Origin: Candidatus Omnitrophota bacterium
GTDB taxonomy: Bacteria > Omnitrophota > Gorgyraeia > 2-01-FULL-45-10
Length of the DNA stretch: 64,000 nucleotides
Reading direction: 5' to 3'
Assembly (NCBI GenBank): GCA_043798375.1
Contig: JAZDOS010000028.1
Span: forward strand, 28,241 to 92,240
Made by a program: the position numbers and the translations under genes. The notes below the pieces were generated by a model, which saw only the letters and a program-made list of their open reading frames with translations, was not told the origin of the DNA and searched no databases. Positions 19,269 to 27,766 of the stretch are shown in pieces. Position 1 is the stretch's first letter. The number at the start of each line of letters is the position of its first letter.

Positions 19269-20323
19269 TTTAATCCCTTTTTAAGAATCTTCAAAATATG
19301 ATTGGCCTGTTTTTCGCCTCGCAAAGGATTCTTCATAAGATCCGCGTAGAGTTGCAGATTATCCACAATCATCATGCCGCTCTTATTTTGAGCCTTGGTA
19401 AAGATATATTGATCGGGCGCTTCGATAAGCGTAAGATTGAACCCCTTATCAATTGCGGAAGCGGATAAAGCTTTTTCGGGAAACTTGTCAAGCGATTCAA
19501 CATAGACCGATACAATATCGAATATGGCGAAAGGCGCCACTAACGAGGCTCCCGCCTCCTGTGTAAAGGCATATTTGATCCTTCGGCCCGAAAGCGCGGC
19601 AGATGTCATCTCCATTAATTTCCGCGGATTTTGCGCCCACACATAATAACTTTTCTTTCTCTCGCGCCGTTTTGTCTCCGATTCTACCCATGCGGAAAAA
19701 AGATCGTCAAAATTCGTCAGCGCCAGTTTTTTATCTTTCTCGGTTACGTACCCCATCCCTATCATCGTATTAATAACTCGCGAAACCATGCCTTTACTCA
19801 ATCTTGTACGTTCAGAAATTTCTTTCTGTGTCCATCTATTCTCGGGCTGGCCAAGAAGGAATTTGGTAACCCTTGCCGCTTTTGGTGAAAATAAAGCTTG
19901 CCTCTCGACAACAGCGTCTTTAGGGCGGCTCCTCCCTTCGGTGTAAATGAATATGTTTCCGCATACTATTTTAGCGTTTCCGCTGAAATCAAGATAGCCT
20001 ATATTATGCTCATCGCATATTTCCTTTCCCCTCTCGCTTATAAAAGGAACGGCTATAACTGGGCAATACGAAGGGTTCGTCTCCGTGAATTTCTTCAGAA
20101 TGACACTGGCATCCCTGATGTACTGAGGATAACCGGCCGTTTTTACCTCTACGCAGAAATGATAGGCCTGCTTTTTACCCTTAGCCGTTATTAACAGGTC
20201 TATCTCCGCCGTTCTTGTTTTTTTGCTGCGCGCAATCTTCCAGCAGGAAAGAAATGGAATGCGTTTTTTAAACTCGCCTTCTACTTTCGTAATAAGCTTT
20301 TTTTCCGGTATATACATATACAT
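19265..20323 (-). CDS. AbiEi-like (type IV TA) antitoxin/regulator with HTH
   Basis: PD-(D/E)xK-like IDLL..VEVK, GYLDFSGN, HTH TQKEISERTRLSKGMVSR, LQLYADL..RGEKQA; coupled to the NTase gene. Confidence 0.75.
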   Translation of the reverse strand: MYMYIPEKKLITKVEGEFKKRIPFLSCWKIARSKKTRTAEIDLLITAKGKKQAYHFCVEVKTAGYPQYIRDASVILKKFTETNPSYCPVIAVPFISERGKEICDEHNIGYLDFSGNAKIVCGNIFIYTEGRSRPKDAVVERQALFSPKAARVTKFLLGQPENRWTQKEISERTRLSKGMVSRVINTMIGMGYVTEKDKKLALTNFDDLFSAWVESETKRRERKKSYYVWAQNPRKLMEMTSAALSGRRIKYAFTQEAGASLVAPFAIFDIVSVYVESLDKFPEKALSASAIDKGFNLTLIEAPDQYIFTKAQNKSGMMIVDNLQLYADLMKNPLRGEKQANHILKILKKGLK

Positions 20324-20329
20324 GCCCTC

Positions 20330-20371
20330 CTATATAGCATAGTATACAAATTGGTAAACTATGCTATATAG
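20330..20371. promoter_or_regulatory. 14-bp inverted repeat, probable autoregulatory operator
   Basis: ctatatagcatagt-N14-actatgctatatag directly upstream of the AbiEi-like start. Confidence 0.7.
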
Positions 20372-20394
20372 TAAACCATACTTTTCCTCATTTG

Positions 20395-20736
20395 TCAAGG
20401 CAAGGGCTTGAGAATTCCCATCCTGCCCAGGATGAGCAGCATCAGGCTATAGAGGGTTATAGCGCATAAAAGCTTTGCCAGTTCGAGGATTAAATTTTCT
20501 CCGCCTTTCAGAATATTCTTCCCGCAGACATACATCATAAATATACCGATGAGATTGCTCATCCAGTAGAATATGAGCACTGTAAGGAGAAAGTCGGACG
20601 GGAATAGCCTGATAAACAGGTTTGCGCATAGATAGGAAATCGGGATATTTATGAATGCGTCGTTCCAGAAGGTGAACGGCGAAAGGAGCCACCCGATAAA
20701 AAATATCAGCTTGTTCAGGACAGGTCTCATACTCAA
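20395..20736 (-). CDS. Small membrane protein, unknown function
   Basis: Hydrophobic 113-aa ORF, GWLLSPFTFWND motif, coupled to upstream gene. Confidence 0.7.
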   Translation of the reverse strand: MSMRPVLNKLIFFIGWLLSPFTFWNDAFINIPISYLCANLFIRLFPSDFLLTVLIFYWMSNLIGIFMMYVCGKNILKGGENLILELAKLLCAITLYSLMLLILGRMGILKPLP

Positions 20737-21125
20737 TTACTCGTCAATATCAGGGCTATACCGGCTACTCCCGCGGGCCGGATACGTTCGCCAAGAAACA
20801 AAAGTCCGGTAAACATAACAAAGACAGGCGTGAGCGCCAGAAACGGCACTGACAGCGAAATATCCGTCAGCTTGAGCGCCCTATAATAAAGGAAGGCGGC
20901 AAAGAATTCGAACGGCAGGACGTAAAGAAGTATTGTCCTGATGAGCTCGGGGCTTACAGGCGCTATCTTGTTTGAAAAGAAGTACAGGCCTAGAAACGGC
21001 GTGGAAAGAAGAAGCGAAAACCATCCGACAAGATATTCGTCACCGGTCTTCGAAAGGATCCTTTTCGCTATCGGGTCTGTTGACGCTGCAAAAATAGCGG
21101 ATAATAACGCGTATAAAGCCCACAC
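20733..21125 (-). CDS. EamA/DMT family transporter (single domain, possibly truncated)
   Basis: ALKLTDISLSVPFLALTP..FLGERI..GIALI. Confidence 0.75.
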   Translation of the reverse strand: MWALYALLSAIFAASTDPIAKRILSKTGDEYLVGWFSLLLSTPFLGLYFFSNKIAPVSPELIRTILLYVLPFEFFAAFLYYRALKLTDISLSVPFLALTPVFVMFTGLLFLGERIRPAGVAGIALILTSN

Positions 21126-21141
21126 TATTTACACTGCTTCT

Positions 21142-21228
21142 TTTTCGTTCTCCTCTACGAACCTTTTGATCTCTTCGAGGTTTTCCAGTATAAGGCGGGC
21201 CTTGCTCATCCCGAACGTAAACGGATAT
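21142..21228. repeat. 87-bp direct repeat copy 1 (displaced 3' half of small gene)
   Basis: Identical to 22888-22974 except one base (cttttgat vs ctcttgat). Confidence 0.95.
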
Positions 21229-21328
21229 CTGTCCATCTCCGACGAATCCCGCCCCTTAAAAATCTACTTTTTCAGCGCCCTCTTTGTTTGTCCGATTTCC
21301 ATGCCGTCTTTGGCAAAATACAGATGCG

Positions 21329-22660
21329 TTACAGATTCCCCGCTTCCCGAGCCAATCTTTTCATCTGTTCTGCCATATACAGCGGTAGTGTTAACACTTT
21401 ATCATGCAAAGACAATTTCTCCTGCGAAAAACGTACACCAAACAATGATTTCTTTTCTTCAATAAACAGTTTTAGTGATTTAAGCGTGCCGGTTTTTCCC
21501 GCCTTGACCTCCACCGGCAATATCAGGGAAGCTACCGCCACAACATAATCAACCTCAGCCGAGCTGTTTCTTTTATCACGCGCCCAGAAAAACAGGCTGC
21601 GCTCTAAATAACTGTCAGAATGGCCCCTTAATTCCTGGCCGATAAACTGTTCCGTTACGGCGCCGGCGTTAATCTGAAAAAAATTATTCGTTAATGTAAG
21701 TTCCGCTTGCAGGCCGCAGGCATTCTGCATCAGCCCTACATCAAGGAAGTTTAATTTGAATTTCATCTCATTAACTTGCGCTTCCAGGGGGAGCCCTGAA
21801 GCGGCGGTAGCATATACCGGATAAATAATACCGGATAATCTTAAAAGGTTAAGCGCCTGTTTAATATCCCTTGATTTGCTATCGGGGTCGATATTCGAAT
21901 ATTTAATGCGGTCTCCAACGAGCCGCGGAGCTTCATCTAATATCTTTCGCAAATATTTGTGCTCGGAAGATTTAGCGTATTTCCCAAAATCACTCCGATA
22001 TGTTTGAAGCAGGGAATTTTGGAGTCGCTGACAATTTAAAAAATTTCCGCTTTCGAGATACTCTTTAACTACTGCCGGCATACCTCCCACAATAAGATAT
22101 ACCCGCAACAAATCCATCAGCTTCTGATGTACCGCGTTATCAAATACGCTGTTCAATCGAATTTCCCGAAGATGACGCCGCAACAACTCATTTCCGGATG
22201 CCGTTAAAAACTCGCCAAATGACAAGGGCTCAAGATATATAAACTGAATTCTCCCCACCGGCATTTTAAAATCCGGACTGTTAAGAGCGAATTCCATCAA
22301 TGAACCCGCCCCAATAACGGCAAGCCGATCATACTTTTCTTTGAAATACCGCAAGGCCATTATCGCGTTAGGGCATTCCTGTATCTCATCAAGAAAGAGC
22401 AATGTTTTCCCTGCTTCTATGTTTTCGCCCATAAGAAGCTGCAGTTTATTAATAATCTCACCGGGATCAAACGTGGTAAAACATTGTTTAAGTTCAGGCC
22501 TAAATTCAAAATTGACAATAACTATATTTTTAAATGCCTTCTTTCCAAACTCTTCCACGATGTAACTTTTACCTACTTGCCGTGCCCCTCGCAGCAATAA
22601 GGGCATCCTGTCTTTATGCTCTTTCCAGTTAAATAAATCTCTTTCTATGTCTCTTTTCAT
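21329..22660 (-). CDS. AAA_14 + DUF4143 ATP-binding protein
   Basis: GARQVGKS, FLDEIQ, GGMPAVV, AEVDYVV..PVEVKAG. Confidence 0.9.
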   Translation of the reverse strand: MKRDIERDLFNWKEHKDRMPLLLRGARQVGKSYIVEEFGKKAFKNIVIVNFEFRPELKQCFTTFDPGEIINKLQLLMGENIEAGKTLLFLDEIQECPNAIMALRYFKEKYDRLAVIGAGSLMEFALNSPDFKMPVGRIQFIYLEPLSFGEFLTASGNELLRRHLREIRLNSVFDNAVHQKLMDLLRVYLIVGGMPAVVKEYLESGNFLNCQRLQNSLLQTYRSDFGKYAKSSEHKYLRKILDEAPRLVGDRIKYSNIDPDSKSRDIKQALNLLRLSGIIYPVYATAASGLPLEAQVNEMKFKLNFLDVGLMQNACGLQAELTLTNNFFQINAGAVTEQFIGQELRGHSDSYLERSLFFWARDKRNSSAEVDYVVAVASLILPVEVKAGKTGTLKSLKLFIEEKKSLFGVRFSQEKLSLHDKVLTLPLYMAEQMKRLAREAGNL

Positions 22661-22871
22661 GGCTAATTCTTTCTATATATGGCTAATATACAAAGGTATA
22701 GTATACCAATATTGGCTATAATACAAGGTATATTTACGAGTCTGTTATTTACGAGTCGAAATTATAGAGGGGTTTTAAACCGGATTGAGAACGCCGGATT
22801 TATCCGGCAAAATAGGCATAATAAGGCCCTCTTAAAAACGCTCTCATTTCATTGAAACTGCAGGGGCGGGG

Positions 22872-23039
22872 CTATTGAGTGTCGTTCTTTTCGTTCTCCT
22901 CTACGAACCTCTTGATCTCTTCGAGGTTTTCCAGTATAAGGCGGGCCTTGCTCATCCCGAACGTAAACGGATATTTATCGTCTTCACTGCGCCTCACTAT
23001 CAATACGGGCTTACCCTTAAACTCGCTTCTCTCTACCAT
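22872..23039 (-). CDS. Small 55-aa hypothetical protein (below ORF-track cutoff)
   Basis: MVERSEFKGKPVLIVRRSEDDKYPFTFGMSKARLILENLEEIKRFVEENEKNDTQ, with AGGGGG RBS upstream. Confidence 0.8.
   Translation of the reverse strand: MVERSEFKGKPVLIVRRSEDDKYPFTFGMSKARLILENLEEIKRFVEENEKNDTQ
22888..22974. repeat. 87-bp direct repeat copy 2
   Basis: Matches 21142-21228 at offset 1746. Confidence 0.95.
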
Positions 23040-24246
23040 CTATTCCCCCTTTTTTATACACCAGAATAATCCATAAAAGCGCCACCGCTTCAACGATGAC
23101 AAAAGATACGGAAGCACCAATCATACCATATATCGGCATAAGAATAAAGTTTAAAATTAAACTAAGGCCTGCGCAGGCCCCTGCCTGCCGCAGGACGTCT
23201 TTCTCGCGGCCGCAGGCGATGAGCGCCGTCGAATACGGAAGGTTGAATAAAATCAGGACGAGCCCTATCGTCATGATGCTCAAAGGAAGGCTTGCCGGCA
23301 GGTACTCCGCGCCTACCGTAACCGTGATAAGATATTTATTAAAAAGGCCGAGAGGCACCAGGATCACTACCGTGAAACCGGCGGCCATTTTTAAAAATTT
23401 ATTTATGCTGTCGCGAAATCCGGCTTTGTCAAGGCAGAAAGACGCTGACAGCCTCGGCAGCATGGCGCCTGCCAGAAAAAGCATAAAGACAGCCACGGTT
23501 CCCGTAACCCTGCGCGAGACCGTGAAGTACCCGACTTCCTGAAGCGGCCTGAAGAGCCCCAATATAAAAATGTCGAGGACATTGTAGACCTGAACGCATA
23601 ATGAAATAAGCCATATCACAAAGGCCCCCGACAGGTGCCCTATCATCGTTTTAAAATCGGCCATCTTCATCTTAAAGCCGAACCGTAATCGCGCCAAATA
23701 CACGGTGATTATCGGCAGGGTCGCCGCAAGATAAAGTATGGGTGCCCTGAAAAGATCGGCCGGGCTTTTTACAAAAAGATAGATCAGGCCTACCTGCAAT
23801 ACGGACGTGACCGTAAACGATATGAAAACCATATGCATTTCTTCAAGGCCCTGGAACGCCCACTCGGTAGCGAAGGCAAAGATAAATAGTATGAAGGCGG
23901 ACTCGAAGATAAGCGCTTTTAATATAGGCGAATGAGACGACATGAACGTCGCGCCGGTCAGGAAAAACACTATGATCGCCGCTATGAAGAAACGTAAAGA
24001 CACGATCTCGGAGACGTAATTCGATACGAGCGGCCTGTTTTTCGCGACCTCTCTTGTGCCGTAGGTGGAAAGCCCCATATCGATGAAATTCGCCAGGAAG
24101 AATATAAGGGTAAAGACATAGGAGATGTAGCCGAACGCAACCGGTGCGAGCGCCCTGGCAAGATAGATAAATAGGATTATACTAAAAAGGCTCGCTACAA
24201 TATTGGAAGCGGCCATCCACATAAAATTTTTAGATAATTTTTCCAC
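23017..24246 (-). CDS. Wzx/RfbX-like flippase
   Basis: YLARALAPVAFG, DMGL..GTREVA, WAFQGLE, multiple TMs. Confidence 0.88.
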   Translation of the reverse strand: MEKLSKNFMWMAASNIVASLFSIILFIYLARALAPVAFGYISYVFTLIFFLANFIDMGLSTYGTREVAKNRPLVSNYVSEIVSLRFFIAAIIVFFLTGATFMSSHSPILKALIFESAFILFIFAFATEWAFQGLEEMHMVFISFTVTSVLQVGLIYLFVKSPADLFRAPILYLAATLPIITVYLARLRFGFKMKMADFKTMIGHLSGAFVIWLISLCVQVYNVLDIFILGLFRPLQEVGYFTVSRRVTGTVAVFMLFLAGAMLPRLSASFCLDKAGFRDSINKFLKMAAGFTVVILVPLGLFNKYLITVTVGAEYLPASLPLSIMTIGLVLILFNLPYSTALIACGREKDVLRQAGACAGLSLILNFILMPIYGMIGASVSFVIVEAVALLWIILVYKKGGIDGREKRV

Positions 24247-25433
24247 TACTTCTTGATCATCCCCTTAAACAAATCTATATATTCTTTTGCCTTTTCGAGG
24301 TCGCTCTTAGGCCCTCCGGCGTCCTGGCCCTTGTTGGCCGCCTTCTCAATTGCCTGCGATATTTTATCTATGGCCATGGCCGCAAGGGCCTGTTTCGATA
24401 TGGGCCCCAGATAAAATCTCGGGTTCTCCATGTCTCCCTTTATCTTAAAATCAAAGACTATTTCACCGGAGGATGAAGTAAAATATTTAATCAGGTCGGG
24501 CACGGTCGTATCCCAGAACTGGGCATTCTCATATCCCGGCTTCACGTAAAATTTTAAACCCTCAAGATGTATTTCGTTCGTTGACCCAAGGCTGCCGTTA
24601 TCAAAATCGAATATGAGCGTTCCTGAGAATGTGCCGCTTCTGAATACGAACGGTGAATATCGGTCATAATACGGCTCGAACGGCAAAATCTCCACACCCC
24701 ACACCTCGAACCTGTTTGACATTGTAAGCCTCGGCGCCGTGGGATCCATGCTGACAACCCACCTGACGACCTCGCTTGAATGGCCGCTGACAAGGCCCTC
24801 TCCGGTCGAACTTAAGCCAAGCACCCTGGAATATCTATCGTCAAACTTAACGGATATTTCCGAATTGACATTCTCAAAGGTAATCAGATGCGGCCGCGAA
24901 AGCCGGAACCTGTCCGTAAAAATTATCCTGCCGTCTTTCAGTAAAAATTTTTCAGGGAGCTTAATGAGGGCCGCCGGATTAATGCCCGCTTGCGACGGCG
25001 GCGGAGAGCTCGGATAATTTTGCGCCTGAACCGCTTCCGGAGCCTTTTTAATCATGAGGGCCTGTATTTCGGACAGGTTGCACCTTCCGTCGCCGAGCCT
25101 CTCGATGTTCAGTATTGGCCTATTAAAAACCGGATCCAGAATTTCAAACCCCTCGGCCGGCGTCTTTCCCTTCATCCTGTAGCCGCAAGAGGCCTCTTCC
25201 ATTTCAATCAGGCAGCTATTGGAAAAGTGAGGCGGGTTCAAAATTTTAAAACCGTTGATAACAATCCTGCCGGATTTCGCGTCAAAATTTATCTTATCTA
25301 TCCTGACGTAATCTGGAAGGTAGCCTCGGATGATCTTGTCGGCTGAATACTGGACGAGCTGATACCTGTAAATAAATATTGCCGCGGCGGCCAGGGCGGC
25401 AATAACGATGAGCGCTATCAAAATCTTTTTCAT
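24246..25433 (-). CDS. AsmA/DUF748-like envelope protein
   Basis: N-terminal anchor, beta-rich body, FDFKIKGDMENPRF. Confidence 0.65.
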   Translation of the reverse strand: MKKILIALIVIAALAAAAIFIYRYQLVQYSADKIIRGYLPDYVRIDKINFDAKSGRIVINGFKILNPPHFSNSCLIEMEEASCGYRMKGKTPAEGFEILDPVFNRPILNIERLGDGRCNLSEIQALMIKKAPEAVQAQNYPSSPPPSQAGINPAALIKLPEKFLLKDGRIIFTDRFRLSRPHLITFENVNSEISVKFDDRYSRVLGLSSTGEGLVSGHSSEVVRWVVSMDPTAPRLTMSNRFEVWGVEILPFEPYYDRYSPFVFRSGTFSGTLIFDFDNGSLGSTNEIHLEGLKFYVKPGYENAQFWDTTVPDLIKYFTSSSGEIVFDFKIKGDMENPRFYLGPISKQALAAMAIDKISQAIEKAANKGQDAGGPKSDLEKAKEYIDLFKGMIKK

Positions 25434-26353
25434 TGGTTCTTTTTAAACAGGCCGAGGAACCTGTCTTCATATGCGCCGTACAAATCCCATCTATCCAGTT
25501 CGATTTTCAGCAAAATCGCCTTCGCCTTATCGCCCTCGGCTTCCAGAAAAAGCCTCTCTATCTTCTCCACGATGTAGGGCGGCACCTTCTTCTCGGCCTG
25601 ATGCGGCTCGCGGCCCGGCTGGCTTTCTATCGTCAATACATCCTTTACCCTGTCCTCTATCATGGACATCTTCTCGTCCATGTCTTTAATAAAATCCTCG
25701 AGCTCCTTCAAATCGATCTTAAATTTCAGGATGCGCTGCAATACATCGATTATCGCCGCGGATGCCTTCGGGTTCGGGAGGCTTATCGCGTATTGGGGCA
25801 TCGTCGCCAGAAGGCACAGCGCCTCTATGCCCTTCTTCTCGGCAAAGCCCAGAAGAAGCCCGTTCATTCCTGATATGTGGCCGTTTTCCATGGGGCTTAT
25901 GCCGAAGCTTGCGATGATATCAAGAAGTGTTTTATTGTTGACCGCGCCGTATACGTGCGGAGATTCCTTGTAACTTATAGGAAAAGGAAAGGCCGCCCCT
26001 GTATATATTCTTGAGACCCTGAACCTGGAGGCAAGATCGATAACCTTACTCAATAGCTCAATGCCGCCGGCGCCTGCCACATGAGCCTCGCCTTTGAATA
26101 TGACGAGCTCCGGATTGCGGGTATAGTAGAAGGCGTTCTGCGGGTTTGGCGGAAGCGATGCTATGCCGTTCTCGACTACGACCGAATCGAGCAAAGTCAA
26201 CGGGTTTACTTTTATCTCGGCGAATCTGGAAGCCTTTAACTTCTTCTGCAGGTAGTCGACCACTCCCAGCGCGACGCTGCCCATACCCGGCCAACCGCCT
26301 ATCATCACAGGCCGGACAAAATCTATATTCTTATATATTTTAATTTCTTCCAT
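25430..26353 (-). CDS. PAC2 family protein
   Basis: GGWPGMGSVA, ISGMNGLLLG, PNPKAS. Confidence 0.85.
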   Translation of the reverse strand: MEEIKIYKNIDFVRPVMIGGWPGMGSVALGVVDYLQKKLKASRFAEIKVNPLTLLDSVVVENGIASLPPNPQNAFYYTRNPELVIFKGEAHVAGAGGIELLSKVIDLASRFRVSRIYTGAAFPFPISYKESPHVYGAVNNKTLLDIIASFGISPMENGHISGMNGLLLGFAEKKGIEALCLLATMPQYAISLPNPKASAAIIDVLQRILKFKIDLKELEDFIKDMDEKMSMIEDRVKDVLTIESQPGREPHQAEKKVPPYIVEKIERLFLEAEGDKAKAILLKIELDRWDLYGAYEDRFLGLFKKNQ

Positions 26354-26930
26354 TTTCGGCGCCCCAGAGGCCTTTTCGTTTAACTCTTGCCTCTTGCTGC
26401 AATTTAAGAAAATATCCGGCCCTCGAAACGTTCGGCGGAATCGTCATGACCTGGCCGTAACCCTCTTCGAGGATCTTCGCGTTAACAAAGGTCCCGTCTT
26501 CAAGGTAAACGTAGGCAAGCATCCTTCCATACTTATCATATTTTTCGACATCGGCCTGGAGCCTTACTGATTTACCCGCGCATAACGATTTGGTAAAATC
26601 GCGGGCCCTCCTACCCATCGCCTGTATCGTTTTAATACCTTTATCGCTCTTCTTCGAGTCACTTAAAAGTTTCCGGCTGTAATGCAGCTCCGGGGTATCT
26701 ACGCCTATGAGGCGGACCCTGCGGCCGTCCGAAAGCTTTAACGTATCTCCGTCGACAACGCGCTCGACATAGCAAAATTCCTCTTTGGCCTCCAGATATT
26801 TCGTAAAAGGCGGGGACTTAAAACCGAGGTAAATTACAGACGCTATGACAAGCGCCGCTATCTGCAGGTTCCTGATGTCTTTTTTAATAGTATGTCTCTT
26901 CTTCGGAAACGAGCTTGCCGGCCGCGTCAT
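26340..26930 (-). CDS. Thermonuclease (SNase) family protein
   Basis: VVDGDT, VRLIGVDTPE, DKYGRMLAYVY, KGLW. Confidence 0.93.
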   Translation of the reverse strand: MTRPASSFPKKRHTIKKDIRNLQIAALVIASVIYLGFKSPPFTKYLEAKEEFCYVERVVDGDTLKLSDGRRVRLIGVDTPELHYSRKLLSDSKKSDKGIKTIQAMGRRARDFTKSLCAGKSVRLQADVEKYDKYGRMLAYVYLEDGTFVNAKILEEGYGQVMTIPPNVSRAGYFLKLQQEARVKRKGLWGAENGRN

Positions 26931-27588
26931 ATTTTTTAATTACTTTTTTGCGTCCGCCTTCCGGCCCCGCCAGTTCCTCCGAGACCTGCACATTCTGCGC
27001 CGGCAGGACGGTGGATTGTGCCATGGGTACCGGTTGCGCGCGCGGCGCGGGACGTCGATAGACCCTTTTCGGCTGAGATGGCTGGGTAATGGCGTCAAGA
27101 AGCGCGCCCCCGATAACTCCGGTACCCGCGCCTATCAGCGCGCCGGTGCCGGCGTTGCCGCCCGACGCACCTGATGCGATCGCGCCGGTGCCGGCGCCCA
27201 AGAGCCCCTGTTTCAGGACCTTCTGAGTGCCTGATTCCTGCGGCGGCTCTTCGTAATAATAATCCTCGGGCTGATCATCGTAGTAATAATCGTCATCCGC
27301 GGGCGGCGGCTGCGCTGCCCTCCTGCGAACGGGCCTGGATGAGGATGAAGGCGTCGTAATGGCATCGAGTAGAATACCTCCTATCGCTCCGGTCCCGGCT
27401 CCTATCAAAGCGCCCTTGCCGGCATTACCGCCGGACGCGCCTGATGCGATCGCGCCGGTGCCCGCGCCGAGCAGCCCCTGCTTCAGGACATTTTTCATCG
27501 TGTCATCATCCTGGCAATAAGCGAGGCTTGCGATGAATACGGTTGTCAAAAACACGGCCAAGGCCGTTAACATATTAAATTTCTTCAT
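26884..27588 (-). CDS. Secreted protein with two glycine-zipper repeats
   Basis: Signal peptide from MKKFNML (GGAGG RBS); VLKQGLLGAGTGAIASGASGGNAG repeated twice. Confidence 0.8.
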   Translation of the reverse strand: MKKFNMLTALAVFLTTVFIASLAYCQDDDTMKNVLKQGLLGAGTGAIASGASGGNAGKGALIGAGTGAIGGILLDAITTPSSSSRPVRRRAAQPPPADDDYYYDDQPEDYYYEEPPQESGTQKVLKQGLLGAGTGAIASGASGGNAGTGALIGAGTGVIGGALLDAITQPSQPKRVYRRPAPRAQPVPMAQSTVLPAQNVQVSEELAGPEGGRKKVIKKYDAAGKLVSEEETYY

Positions 27589-27612
27589 AAGCGTATCAAC
27601 CTCCATATTTAT

Positions 27613-27642
27613 CCCGTTAGAAAGGACGTCCTTTCTAACGGG
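27613..27642. repeat. CCCGTTAGAAA-type REP-like palindrome
   Basis: cccgttagaaaggacgtcctttctaacggg; same arms at 62443-62492. Confidence 0.82.
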
Positions 27643-27700
27643 GTTTATCATAATCAAATATACATTATAAACGCGAAAAATTCAAGAAAATAAAAGAAGA

Positions 27701-27766
27701 AACCGATACAACCTGCGAGGTTTGATAGCAGCTATCTGTCAGTTAACCTCGCAGGTTGTATCGGTT
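27701..27766. repeat. REPIN-like doublet copy 1
   Basis: atacaacctgcgaggtt..aacctcgcaggttgtat. Confidence 0.92.
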
